From an uncultured Clostridia bacterium (GTDB lineage: Bacteria; Bacillota; Clostridia; TANB77; CAG-465): DNA of 64,000 nucleotides. Below, piece by piece: positions 39,871 to 50,080 of this stretch. The notes beneath the pieces were generated by a model. It was not told where the DNA came from. It saw nothing but the letters and a program-made list of their open reading frames with translations, and did no database searches. A program made the position numbers and the translations under genes. Numbering within the stretch: position 1 is the first letter of the stretch; each line of letters begins with the position of its first letter. Where the stretch lies: NCBI GenBank assembly GCA_934130325.1, contig CAKOYA010000001.1:33725-97724 (forward strand), written 5' to 3'.

Positions 39871-41701
39871 CCCACCTTTTTAATTTTACTTTTTCTATAA
39901 ACTTCATTTTATTTCCATCTGAAATAATCATAGCACTCTCAAAAGTGTCAAGATTCTGAGTAAAATATTTTTCATTTAGTATATACTCTTGCCTTTGTGA
40001 AAATGATATGCTTTTTGAAAGTCCAGATTTATAATTTTTAAAATTATTTATAAGAAAATTATATTTACTATTTTGAGAACTTTCAGAGTAATTAACAGTT
40101 TCATATTTTTTAATTTCTTTTCCTATTTGTTTAATAATTTCACCTACTGTATATGTATCATCATTTCTAAACCATATTTTATTTACCAAATTTTGTATTA
40201 TTACCCTTGATGTGCTATCATTCTTTAGTGTATTATTCAGTGAACTATAACTTTGCATACTAATAACATTTATACATTGATATTCTCTAGATAGTGAAAA
40301 AAATCTAGCGTCCTTTTCATTAGCAATTTCTTGATACTCATCACATATGAAAAATGTAGGGGAAATTTTTGATGAATATGATAAAATCTGGGATTCAAAT
40401 TCGAGTTTCATATAAGTAGAAATTATTTTTGCAAGTTCCATATTTTGACCTATATCCATTGATAGAACATAAACATTATTACTTTTGAAATCTATTGTTT
40501 GACTAGATGTACAAAATTTTTGATATATTTTCATATCACTTACAAATACTCCAGTTATTCTAGTAATTTCAGATCTTATTATTCCCCTTGTACGTTCGTC
40601 AAGTTTCAAGAATTCATTTTTTATATTTGATATGGCAGAATTAACATTAAATAACTTTTCGTCTGAATATTCGTATGATAAAATTTTTTGTTTAACCAAA
40701 TTTAATTTTTCACACAAATATTCTTTACTTATAACTAACATATGTAACTCATAAAAATTAGGATTAGTTGTATATATATTCATCAATGTTAAAAAATCTC
40801 TTATATAACTTTCTGCCTTATCCAACCAATATGAATCAGTATTATTATTATTACCAGATATAACAAGTAATATGTTTTTTAGTCTGCTTGCCATCTCAAA
40901 ATTTGAAACATTCGATTTTAAAGGGTTATAACTATACTTGCTGTCTAACGAAATTTCTATAATTCTTTCTTTTTGTTTTTTATTATTTAACATCTTATAT
41001 ATAGTGTTTATATAATTGCCTTTTACATCAATTAATAATCCTCCAATATTCATATTAAATAATTGTAAAAATATATTAGAAATAGCGCTACTTGTTTTAC
41101 CGCTTCCTATACTTCCAGTTATAAGAATATTTTGAAAAAGTCCATATTTATTTATCACTATATTTTTATTACAATCATTATAAAAAGTTATATATGGAAT
41201 TTCTTTTATTTTTTCTTTTGTATTTAATTTGTTAAAAGTGATTTTTTTATAAATATTATAATAAAAATTATATACCAAATCATATATAGCAATTGAATAA
41301 AGAAATATATATATTAATTTTATTTTTGAAATATTCTCTCCAAATAAAGAAACTATATCAATATTTTTATTTAAAATATTGATATATAAAAAATTAGAAG
41401 CAAAAAAGCTATAATGAATACAAGTTTTTAATAATATAAACGTAAAAGAAATTAAATTTATAATAAAAAATCTTTTAATAATTTCAACATCAGGTGGTTT
41501 TATATATTGAAAAAAATTTTTTATAGAATTTTTTTTAATTGCATTAACAAAGCTGCAGACTATATTTTGCTGATTTTCACTTATCATATATTTTTTCAAT
41601 TTACCTCCATTTATAGAAAAAATATATTTTTTATCAACTAGATAATATAGCCTAAAGATAAAATAAATTAATAAGATAAAAAATTCAATAATATGAAACA
41701 A
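39845..41701 (-). CDS. membrane-anchored P-loop ATPase, VirD4/TraG (type IV coupling protein)-like
   Basis: three N-terminal TM helices, Walker A ILITGSIGSGKTSS at ~aa 195, Walker-B-like FFICDEYQE, arginine-finger-like INVISMQSYSSL; 618 aa. Confidence 0.5.
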   Translation of the reverse strand: MFHIIEFFILLIYFIFRLYYLVDKKYIFSINGGKLKKYMISENQQNIVCSFVNAIKKNSIKNFFQYIKPPDVEIIKRFFIINLISFTFILLKTCIHYSFFASNFLYINILNKNIDIVSLFGENISKIKLIYIFLYSIAIYDLVYNFYYNIYKKITFNKLNTKEKIKEIPYITFYNDCNKNIVINKYGLFQNILITGSIGSGKTSSAISNIFLQLFNMNIGGLLIDVKGNYINTIYKMLNNKKQKERIIEISLDSKYSYNPLKSNVSNFEMASRLKNILLVISGNNNNTDSYWLDKAESYIRDFLTLMNIYTTNPNFYELHMLVISKEYLCEKLNLVKQKILSYEYSDEKLFNVNSAISNIKNEFLKLDERTRGIIRSEITRITGVFVSDMKIYQKFCTSSQTIDFKSNNVYVLSMDIGQNMELAKIISTYMKLEFESQILSYSSKISPTFFICDEYQEIANEKDARFFSLSREYQCINVISMQSYSSLNNTLKNDSTSRVIIQNLVNKIWFRNDDTYTVGEIIKQIGKEIKKYETVNYSESSQNSKYNFLINNFKNYKSGLSKSISFSQRQEYILNEKYFTQNLDTFESAMIISDGNKMKFIEKVKLKRWDENYRENS

Positions 41702-42455
41702 AATTTACCACCTAAAACAATTTTATCAGTTTTTCTATTTATAATCAAATTTTTTTACAAGTTTATACATTATTTGATAAAACTAGTTAAAATTTGACAT
41801 AAAATATACTATTTTTATATAGTATATAAATAAAACTTTAATAAAAAAATTGAATTTGTTAAATTAACCTCTACTTTCAAGTAATAAAGAAAATACTTAA
41901 ACAGCATACCTATTTTTATTCTTGCAATTAAATTTCTATCAGATAAATTTGTAGTAATTTTTATTTCTACTATGAAAAAATAAATAAATTATATAATTTT
42001 TTGAAAAAAATAGTATAGATGGTAACGAGCAAGTTAAATAAGTTAATTTATCAAGTAAATTGACACCATTTGTAAATCAATATATTAATAAAAATAAAGG
42101 TTCAAATAATGGTACTTGTAGTGTAGTTGAAAATTATTCATATAATTGATGTGAATAATTAAGTTGCTTTTAAAGTTTATTATAGACGTGTTGATGGGAA
42201 TATAGAGACAAGTATGGGTTCTGAAATATATACTTATAATATAAAAACGGATACAATACGTAATTAGGTAGTATAAATTAAAAACTAAAATAAAATAATT
42301 TGTATTATAAAAAAGTCTACCGAAAAATGAGTGAATTTTTTCATGAGTATGTAGAAAAATTTGTGTAAACTAAGAATAGTAAAAATTACCTTTCCATGAT
42401 AACCATAGGGAGGATTTTTTATAAAAATAAATCATAGTTAGCAACAGAATATAAA

Positions 42456-42500
42456 ATAAAATCCTTGAAACTGCTATTTTTAAGCACTTTTCAAGGATTC
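42456..42500 (-). terminator. terminator hairpin (atccttgaaa ... tttcaaggat) downstream of tRNA cluster
   Basis: 10-bp stem, T-run on minus strand. Confidence 0.55.
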
Positions 42501-42505
42501 TTAAT

Positions 42506-42581
42506 TGGAGCTGGAAGTCAGATTTGAACTGACGACCTGCGGTTTACAAGACCGCTGCTCTACCAACTGAGCTATTCCAGC
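42506..42581 (-). tRNA. tRNA-Thr (anticodon UGU)
   Basis: rc gives GCTGGAATAGCTCAGTTGGTAGAGC...ggtCTTGTAAaccg...GGTTCAAATCT...CCA; cloverleaf motifs present. Confidence 0.85.
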
Positions 42582-42590
42582 AGAACATCA

Positions 42591-42667
42591 TGGTGACCCG
42601 TAGGAGAGTCGAACTCCTCACTCCGCCGTGAAAGGGCGATGTCTTAACCGATTGACCAACGGGCCGC
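42591..42667 (-). tRNA. tRNA-Glu (anticodon UUC)
   Basis: rc GCGGCCCGTTGGTCAATCGGTTAAGAC...ccCTTTCACgg...GGTTCGACTCTCCTACGGGTCACCA. Confidence 0.8.
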
Positions 42668-42670
42668 TTG

Positions 42671-42746
42671 TGGTGAGCCATCGCAGATTCGAACTGCGGA
42701 CAACTTGATTAAAAGTCAAGTGCTCTGCCAACTGAGCTAATGGCCC
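42671..42746 (-). tRNA. tRNA-Lys (anticodon UUU)
   Basis: rc GGGCCATTAGCTCAGTTGGCAGAGC...gaCTTTTAAtc...GGTTCGAATCTGCGATGGCTCACCA. Confidence 0.85.
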
Positions 42747-42842
42747 ACGTACATGATGCTCTTATATAATACACTAATTTTTATAAAATGTCAATACATT
42801 TTGTAAAAAAATATATTTTTTTGTAAAAATTATTATTATTTC

Positions 42843-43535
42843 TTAATATATAGTTATTATTCCATCATCTGATGTAGTATTACTGTTATTCTTTTTTGTA
42901 TCATTATTAGTATTTTTATTTTGTTCAACGTTTTTAATATCATCTTCTAATTCTTCATTCTTTATTACTTGATCTGTATAACTACTACTGTTATTATCAT
43001 TTACTTCATCTTTATCATAACTTTCAATAACCTTTTCAGTAAACTTGCTATCATTATCGTCCTTTTTTGAATCTTTGTTGACTCTCTCAACATTTTCTTC
43101 TTGTTTTTGTATGCTAGATTCTTTATTTAAATCAACTGGATTATTTAAAATTGATACTACCAAGAATGTAGATAAACTAATAAATACGAAAACTATTACT
43201 ATTACAAATATTATTACCATTTTCTTTTTCTTAGGACTCAATGTTTCATCTATATCCTCTTCCTCAAGCTGTTCTTCTACTTTTTCTACATATTCATTTT
43301 CTGTTTCTTGTAGTTGCTCATCATACTGTTTTCTTTTTTCAGGATTACTTAAAACCTCATATGCTATATTAATTTGTCTTATCTTTTCCTGAACTACTTC
43401 ATCATCTACATTATTTATATCTGGATGATATTTCTTAGCAAGAGCACGATAAGCATTTTTTACCACCTCATCAGATGCTTCTCTACTAATTTCTAAAAGT
43501 TCATAATAATCTTTATCGTTACCATTTTTTTCCAT
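42843..43535 (-). CDS. J-domain (DnaJ-like) membrane protein with acidic/low-complexity tail
   Basis: [33 protein letters not shown]-domain with HPD; central TM helix. Confidence 0.75.
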   Translation of the reverse strand: MEKNGNDKDYYELLEISREASDEVVKNAYRALAKKYHPDINNVDDEVVQEKIRQINIAYEVLSNPEKRKQYDEQLQETENEYVEKVEEQLEEEDIDETLSPKKKKMVIIFVIVIVFVFISLSTFLVVSILNNPVDLNKESSIQKQEENVERVNKDSKKDDNDSKFTEKVIESYDKDEVNDNNSSSYTDQVIKNEELEDDIKNVEQNKNTNNDTKKNNSNTTSDDGIITIY

Positions 43536-43648
43536 ACACTTCTCTCCTCATGCATGAACATTTTATCATAAACTTAGAATTAGTTCAATAGCTAATAATA
43601 CGAAAAAATACTTAGACACCATTTTATGCCTAAGTATTATAATATTAA

Positions 43649-43786
43649 TTAGATGGCATATTTTTTTGCCATTTTTTTTACTTCTTTTGAGCTTTTATTA
43701 AACATTTTCATAATACTATCACTATTCATTACTCCAACTATAGTTCCTGCAACCACACCAAACATTGCACCTTTTACAAAATTCAT
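43649..43786 (-). CDS. small protein (45 aa) MNFVKGAMFGVVAGTIVGVMNSDSIMKMFNKSSKEVKKMAKKYAI
   Basis: AAAGGAGTG RBS 5 nt upstream; not in >=60-aa track. Confidence 0.45.
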   Translation of the reverse strand: MNFVKGAMFGVVAGTIVGVMNSDSIMKMFNKSSKEVKKMAKKYAI

Positions 43787-43800
43787 ATAAATCACTCCTT

Positions 43801-44181
43801 TCATTTATTATTTTTTGTTTTAATTATATTCCTTAAACTTGTAATTATTTCATAAATTCCAATGATTACCATAAAACTATAAAATATATATCTTAAGATA
43901 TTTTCATTTATTATTTTAACAAGTAATATCCCACAAATACTACCAATGCAAATAGGAATTATCAATTTTTTAAACATATTTTTATCAATATTATTATTTT
44001 TGAAGTTAAAAATAGTTGATGATATTCCAACTAAAATAAACATTATCAAATTATAACCTTGTGCCTCTTTATGTTTAAAAATATTAAATATTGTTGTAAG
44101 TAATATAAAAATACTTCCTCCACCAATTCCCATACTAGATATTATTCCACTTATAAATGAGATAATTAAAAATTTTATCAT
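43801..44181 (-). CDS. TauE/SafE (DUF81) half-transporter, C-terminal half
   Basis: 4 TM, GIGGGSIFILLTTIF motif; overlaps upstream half by ATGA. Confidence 0.6.
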   Translation of the reverse strand: MIKFLIISFISGIISSMGIGGGSIFILLTTIFNIFKHKEAQGYNLIMFILVGISSTIFNFKNNNIDKNMFKKLIIPICIGSICGILLVKIINENILRYIFYSFMVIIGIYEIITSLRNIIKTKNNK

Positions 44182-44531
44182 TTCAAACCTCCTGATAAAA
44201 TCTTATATAACGTAAGACTGACAATTAAAATTCCAGAAATTAAATTTAAAAAATCTGCTGGAATTTTTTTCATAACTTTTGAGCCTATAATACCAGAAAT
44301 TATGGCAATAATAACTAATAATATTACTTTTGATAATTCAAATTTAATAATTCCACCATACCCAAATACGGCAAATATACTAGAAATTGAAAGAAGTGAA
44401 ACGCTTAACGCTCTGGATATATACGTATCTTTTTTTAAAATAAAAATTAAATAAAAAACTAATATTTGTCCTGCTCCTGAAGCAAACAAACCATTTAATA
44501 AACCAACTAATACCCCTATAATGTATATCAT
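44178..44531 (-). CDS. TauE/SafE (DUF81) half-transporter, N-terminal half
   Basis: 4 TM, LLNGLFASGAGQILVFYLIFIL. Confidence 0.6.
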   Translation of the reverse strand: MIYIIGVLVGLLNGLFASGAGQILVFYLIFILKKDTYISRALSVSLLSISSIFAVFGYGGIIKFELSKVILLVIIAIISGIIGSKVMKKIPADFLNLISGILIVSLTLYKILSGGLK

Positions 44532-44549
44532 ACTAATATTATTAGCATT

Positions 44550-45371
44550 TTATATTATTTTATGTGTTCTAAATCTTTCCTTATAGCATATATAATATCT
44601 TTTCTTTTTACCATACGAGCTAGAATATACTATTTTACACAATATTTCATCTTTTTTATTGTAAAAAAAGTCATTTACCATATAGAAAATATTATCTACA
44701 TATTTTGAATATCCAAACTCAAATGGAATATTTTCTCCAAAATTGAAACTATTTATTCTCATCCTTAAATCAAAATAATTAATATTAAATTCAAAAACCT
44801 CGTTGCTACATATCACGTCTTTTTTTAATATAACTGGCTTATCGATTGAATCTTCTACGATTACGTTTAAATTATAAAGTTGATTACTTCCAGAGTTAAC
44901 TAACTTAAAAGTCCAATTAGAATTAGTAATATAAGTGTCATAGATTTTAATAAAGTACATAAAATTATAATCGTCTTTAAAGTAATTTATCATATCTGAA
45001 ATTTCTTTTTCCTCGTTTGATTGATTTATACATTTACTTAAATATGTTTTTTTACTATAGTTAATATACGTCTTATGTAATAAAGATTTTATATAGTATG
45101 AAATATTATACGACTGTAATTGTAAATATTTTTTAAATTCCTTTTCTAATTCAATATTCTTTTTATATTTTCCAAAAATAACGCTATTACCTATATTTTT
45201 ATTTAATTTATTATACATAAATAAAATTTTTCCTCTTTTTGCTTTCTCACTAAGATATACTGTAATAACTGCTGTAATTAATGTTGTAATTAGTGGCAAT
45301 ATAATACTTGAAATAATATATTGAAAATCCATTTTTCCCCCAATCATAAAAATAAATTGTCGATATAACAC
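44550..45371 (-). CDS. hypothetical membrane-anchored protein (273 aa)
   Basis: ORF only; N-terminal TM helix IISSIILPLITTLITAVITVYL. Confidence 0.4.
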   Translation of the reverse strand: MLYRQFIFMIGGKMDFQYIISSIILPLITTLITAVITVYLSEKAKRGKILFMYNKLNKNIGNSVIFGKYKKNIELEKEFKKYLQLQSYNISYYIKSLLHKTYINYSKKTYLSKCINQSNEEKEISDMINYFKDDYNFMYFIKIYDTYITNSNWTFKLVNSGSNQLYNLNVIVEDSIDKPVILKKDVICSNEVFEFNINYFDLRMRINSFNFGENIPFEFGYSKYVDNIFYMVNDFFYNKKDEILCKIVYSSSYGKKKRYYICYKERFRTHKII

Positions 45372-45562
45372 GACAATTTAAAATTTTATTTAAATTAAAA
45401 GTTTACTTTTCTCATTTTTATTTTATCATAAACAAATTTTAAAATATACTATCGGTCAACTTATTTTTACAAACATTTAATACAGTATAACATAACATAT
45501 ATTTTTTAACAATACAATTTAAATATCAAAAAGGATTACCAAAATAGGTAATCCTTTTAGTT

Positions 45563-45826
45563 TCACGCGTTTACAGCGACCTCGTACGTCACTTGCTCTG
45601 TAAGCATCTTCACATTCGTTTTAAATAGCTGAATCTCCTTAAGAGGCGCTGTTATGACTTTTCTTGGCAAACCATAATAGTCAATCCAGCAAACAGCCTT
45701 AACTTCATGACCATCCTCCAACAAATTCAATGCTTCCGAAATATTAATTTCACTCTCTTCACCATCAATTCTAAAATTGACTAGGCTGCTTTTCTTAGTT
45801 TTTTTGTTCATATATTTACCCTCCAA
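45563..45826 (-). CDS. hypothetical 87-aa protein in a compositionally distinct (GC-richer) ~270-bp patch
   Basis: ORF; local GC visibly higher than surroundings (gcgtttacagcgacctcgtacgtcacttgctctg...). Confidence 0.35.
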   Translation of the reverse strand: MEGKYMNKKTKKSSLVNFRIDGEESEINISEALNLLEDGHEVKAVCWIDYYGLPRKVITAPLKEIQLFKTNVKMLTEQVTYEVAVNA

Positions 45827-45908
45827 AAAAATTTTTTTAGATATTTAATAATCCATATTTATATTATAACATAGATTACATAATTTGTAAATAGTTTTAT
45901 TGATATTT

Positions 45909-48038
45909 TTAAATACCAGTATTTGGTAATTTTTTAATGTATTTTATACAATTATTACTTATATTTGCACTTATTTGCTTTTCATTCTCACTAATTGTTA
46001 CTTCGTATAAATCTGAACTCAAAATATATTTATTATTCGATTTTGTCTCTTTTATGTAATAGATGCCTTTTGGCAATTCTTTTGTTATCGCTACCCCCTC
46101 TTTATTTGTCACTATTCTTTCAATAATATTTTTATCTTTATCCAAAATTTCAAATTCAGTATCAGGTATTACATCACCTTTTTTTATTCCTAATTCTTCA
46201 TTATTTTCATTACTTGTTTTTATAATCTTTATTTTTCCCTTTATTAATTTATTCTGTACATTAAGCTCAACTACTTCTTTATGATTAACTATATTTACTA
46301 TATTTATCGTCTCATCTAATACATATAGTTCATTTGATTTTACCTCCTTAACAAAATATTGTCCCTTTGGTAAATCTCTTGTTATTGCTACTCCATCCTT
46401 ATCTGTCGTAACTTCATCAACTATTTGATTTTTATTATTTAATATTTCAAATTTAGTATTAGGTATTGCATCACCTCTTTTCATTCCTAAAATTTGATTT
46501 TCTTCACTACTTGTCTTTATAATTTTTATTTTTCCTTTTATTAAAGTATTTTCAACATTTAACGTTATTTGTTGATTATGATCCTTTATTTCTATAACAT
46601 ATATATTTTCACTTAAAACATATTTATCATTTGCCTTTACCTCTTTTATATAATAAATCCCTTTAGGTAAATCCTTTGTTATTGCCACTCCTTCTTCATT
46701 TGTTACTATTTTATCAACAACTTTTCCATTTGAATCTAAAATTTCAAACTCTGTATTTGGAATAAATACACTATTATTAAAGTTAAAATTTTCATCATCT
46801 TGACTACTCTTTTTTATTAGTTTTATATTCCCTTTTATCTTCTCATTTTCTATAACTATGGAATTTTCTTGTCCGGACTTCAATTTTAAATTATAACTAT
46901 TATTTGTAGTATCTAAAAAATACTCGTCATTTGTTTCTACCTCTTGAATAATAACATTCTTATCGATAAAATAGTTAAATTCTTTTTGCGTATCTATAGT
47001 TATTTTTCCATCTTTATCTGTAGTATACTCTCCTAATTTTTTCCCAGTATTTTTATCCAATATTCTAAACTTTACTCCTGGTATCTTTAGTTCCTTATTT
47101 TCCATATCTACCTTTGTTATTTTTAAAGTGGTTGGAATATATTTAATATTTAAATTTAAATTAACTATGTCATTTCTTATTGGCTTCAAAGCCAATGCTG
47201 TATTTTGTTTGTTTGAATCTGTGGATAATCCAAACATAACTAAATTTTCTTTTACATCACATGAAAATTTAATATTTATATTTCTATCTTCTAATATTTT
47301 TTCTCTTAATATTAATACTTTTACTTCTTTTTGATTAGTAATATTTTCAATTACATTATTATTTAGATCGGATATTTTTACTAAATTATCCGTACTTGTA
47401 TAATTAATATTTTTAACATTATTGTTATAATCAAGCTTTATTTTTTTACTATAATATTCTGGATTTTTATCATCAATTTTAAATTCATTATCAATACTTA
47501 CTATATTTACCTTATTACTTAAAATACTGCTATTCATTCCATTATAATATATATTTTTTATTGCTTCAACCACCCTTATACAATCATTATTTAACGGTTC
47601 AATTAAAGAAAAATCTAAGTTACTTATATATGTCCAAACTGCAAATTGTGTTGAAAATCTTGCCTCTTCCTTAGTGTTTAATCCTAACTCTTCAACAGAT
47701 CTATACGGATAACCGTTCAAAATAATATTTGAAAGTTTCTCGTCATCAATTTTTTTTAGTACATCAACATCATACTCTCCCTTTTCAGCTCCATCCATTC
47801 CTAAATTTATACAATAAGCTGGATAACTATTTCCATTATTATCCAAATAATAATAATCAAAAAATTTTTGAGATACAGAATTATACTTTATGTACCTATT
47901 TTCATTTTTGTTGTAATAAATCCTATACTTTTTTAAATCAATATTTGTATTTTCATATGATGCAAATATATTACTAATATTTACAAATAGCATCATAAAT
48001 ACAATCACTATACTATACAATTTTAAAATTTTTCTCAT
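45909..48038 (-). CDS. Cna-B/SpaA-type repeat surface protein with signal peptide and C-terminal LPNTG, but no hydrophobic anchor or charged tail
   Basis: MRKILKLYSIVIVFMMLFV signal; three ~95-aa repeats IKGKIKIIKTS...ELPKGIYYIKE; ends ...KKLPNTGI-stop. Confidence 0.75.
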   Translation of the reverse strand: MRKILKLYSIVIVFMMLFVNISNIFASYENTNIDLKKYRIYYNKNENRYIKYNSVSQKFFDYYYLDNNGNSYPAYCINLGMDGAEKGEYDVDVLKKIDDEKLSNIILNGYPYRSVEELGLNTKEEARFSTQFAVWTYISNLDFSLIEPLNNDCIRVVEAIKNIYYNGMNSSILSNKVNIVSIDNEFKIDDKNPEYYSKKIKLDYNNNVKNINYTSTDNLVKISDLNNNVIENITNQKEVKVLILREKILEDRNINIKFSCDVKENLVMFGLSTDSNKQNTALALKPIRNDIVNLNLNIKYIPTTLKITKVDMENKELKIPGVKFRILDKNTGKKLGEYTTDKDGKITIDTQKEFNYFIDKNVIIQEVETNDEYFLDTTNNSYNLKLKSGQENSIVIENEKIKGNIKLIKKSSQDDENFNFNNSVFIPNTEFEILDSNGKVVDKIVTNEEGVAITKDLPKGIYYIKEVKANDKYVLSENIYVIEIKDHNQQITLNVENTLIKGKIKIIKTSSEENQILGMKRGDAIPNTKFEILNNKNQIVDEVTTDKDGVAITRDLPKGQYFVKEVKSNELYVLDETINIVNIVNHKEVVELNVQNKLIKGKIKIIKTSNENNEELGIKKGDVIPDTEFEILDKDKNIIERIVTNKEGVAITKELPKGIYYIKETKSNNKYILSSDLYEVTISENEKQISANISNNCIKYIKKLPNTGI
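46000..47100. repeat. ~290-bp coding tandem repeats (Cna-B domain repeats) inside the surface-protein gene
   Basis: recurring cctttggtaaatctcttgttattgctactcc-type segments at ~46060, 46360, 46660. Confidence 0.7.
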
Positions 48039-48610
48039 TATTCCTCCTTTATTTCTATGGCCTTCACACATAATCTTATGTCTTTTCTATCATTTACACA
48101 TGTAATCATAGTAATAATATTTTCACTTGTATTCTCTAAAACTGAAAGATCAGTTTCACTTATTTTATCAATATATGAAACTTTATATTTTCTACTTGCA
48201 TATTCATTTTTATATTCAATAATAGAACCTATATGAATATTTTGTAAATTTTTAAATAAATCAGAACTTGGTATTGAATAATTATGCGCTGCAATGCATA
48301 TATTACCATTAAAAGTTGCTGTATTAGGGAAGTGACAAATATTTGATTTTAAATCATTGTCACTTATTCCTTCAATTATATCATTATCAAAAATCCCTAT
48401 ATCCTCTATTGTCAATTTTCCAATAGATTTTTTTATACTTTTTGTTTTCTTGAAATTTTGTGAGTTAATTACATTATCATCTTGAATTTTATTAGAATTT
48501 AAAACCTTAATTTCTTTATTTACTGATACTTTTAAAAAAATACGATAAAAAATAATTAGAATTAAAAAAAACATAACAACAAATGCTAATAAGATATATT
48601 TTTTCTTCAT
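48038..48610 (-). CDS. sortase family transpeptidase
   Basis: N-terminal TM, ICIAAHNY region and ITMITCV (TLxTC) catalytic Cys motif; stop overlaps pilin ATG (TAATG). Confidence 0.7.
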   Translation of the reverse strand: MKKKYILLAFVVMFFLILIIFYRIFLKVSVNKEIKVLNSNKIQDDNVINSQNFKKTKSIKKSIGKLTIEDIGIFDNDIIEGISDNDLKSNICHFPNTATFNGNICIAAHNYSIPSSDLFKNLQNIHIGSIIEYKNEYASRKYKVSYIDKISETDLSVLENTSENIITMITCVNDRKDIRLCVKAIEIKEE

Positions 48611-48842
48611 AGACCTCCTTAAATTAGAATTAGAATTAAAATATAATAGAATTAAAATATTAAATACATAAAAATTATATTCTGGAATTTCTATTATGTC
48701 AAGTTTTTTTCATCGCAATATTCGACAATAATTAAAAAATAATATAATTTTTAATTAAGCTATCATCTCTATTTCAGCCTTAAAAAACAGATTTTATATA
48801 CTAAAAAACAGGTAAATAAATATATTTACCTGCAAAATTAAA

Positions 48843-49109
48843 TTATATCCAAATATCTTTTATAAGATCATCAATTTCTTTTTTTCTTTCTCTTGTTTTC
48901 TCTATATCTAAAACATATTTTTGACCATCAAAAATAATTATATCTCCCTCTTTTATATTTTTTGGTAACATTTTTAATTCAATATTAACAAAATTCAAAT
49001 CATCAGTTTCACACACAGCAAATTTTTCTTCAATTCTATCCACAATGTAAACTCTATTTTCCATAATTATATGTTCCCTCCTTAACATTTGATGATATAT
49101 TTTCTCCAT
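48843..49109 (-). CDS. DUF3006-like small protein
   Basis: 88 aa; coupled downstream of the MBL hydrolase gene. Confidence 0.4.
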   Translation of the reverse strand: MEKIYHQMLRREHIIMENRVYIVDRIEEKFAVCETDDLNFVNIELKMLPKNIKEGDIIIFDGQKYVLDIEKTRERKKEIDDLIKDIWI

Positions 49110-50007
49110 CGGTACTTAAAACTATTGTACCACTTTCATCTGTTCTAAAAACTTTTATATCATTTGCTTTTAATTTTAGCATGGTTGTCTTAGCTGGATG
49201 AGAATAATCATTATTTTTACCGCATGATAAAACAGCATATTGTGGTGATACTTTCTCCAAAAATTGACTTGATGTTGAAGTTTTAGAACCATGATGTCCT
49301 AATTTTAACACATTACAATCTATATCAAGATTATTATCTAAAATTTCCCTTTCAGACAATTCCTCTGCATCTCCCATAAATAAAAATTTAATTTTTTTAT
49401 ATGTTAACTTTATACAGATAGAATAATTATTCAAATCATCATATTTCGAAGAATTTGGTGCAATTATTTCAAGTTCAGCATCACCAAATTTAAATTTTTC
49501 ACCAGATTTTGGTGAATATATTTTTTTGTTTTTTAATTTCACTGCACTAATAAAATTCTCGAATGTTTTTGTATTGGAAGTAGATTTTGGAAAAAAAATA
49601 TTATCTATATCAAAATTTTTTACTATCATATCCATACCACCAATATGGTCTTCATGTACATGAGTTCCTACCACATATTCAAATTTTGTTATATTTTTAT
49701 CTATAATATAATTATTTAAATAGTCCTTAGTAGTATTTTTCCCAGCATCTATTAACATTGAATGTTCACCCTGTTTTATTAAAATAGCATCTGCCTGACC
49801 AACATCTATGTAATGGACTTCTAGTAATGGTTCAACAGTTTCGGCTAAGTAATCATTACTATTGTCATTAATTAAACTATCAGTTGATACTAATTTCATA
49901 TCTTTAAAATCTAGAAAATAACTAACAGTAGCAGCTAAAATTAATATAATTAAAAAAAATGTTAATTTACCTATTTTATTTTTATATTTTTTCTTCATAT
50001 GTATCAC
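49054..50007 (-). CDS. MBL-fold metallo-hydrolase (ComEC/Rec2-related beta-lactamase-like), secreted/anchored
   Basis: HxHxDH motif VGTHVHEDHIGG; N-terminal TM/signal. Confidence 0.75.
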   Translation of the reverse strand: MIHMKKKYKNKIGKLTFFLIILILAATVSYFLDFKDMKLVSTDSLINDNSNDYLAETVEPLLEVHYIDVGQADAILIKQGEHSMLIDAGKNTTKDYLNNYIIDKNITKFEYVVGTHVHEDHIGGMDMIVKNFDIDNIFFPKSTSNTKTFENFISAVKLKNKKIYSPKSGEKFKFGDAELEIIAPNSSKYDDLNNYSICIKLTYKKIKFLFMGDAEELSEREILDNNLDIDCNVLKLGHHGSKTSTSSQFLEKVSPQYAVLSCGKNNDYSHPAKTTMLKLKANDIKVFRTDESGTIVLSTDGENISSNVKEGTYNYGK

Positions 50008-50080
50008 CTTTTTTACTTTAGTATACTTTGGAAAATTAACTTTGTCAATATATTTTCATCGCACATTTTTACAAAAAAAA

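Noticed and set aside
42042-42149. Short frame ending ...NKGSNNGTCSVVENYSYN that looked peptide/bacteriocin-like
   Set aside because: It has no in-frame ATG/GTG start and no RBS, and is probably random.
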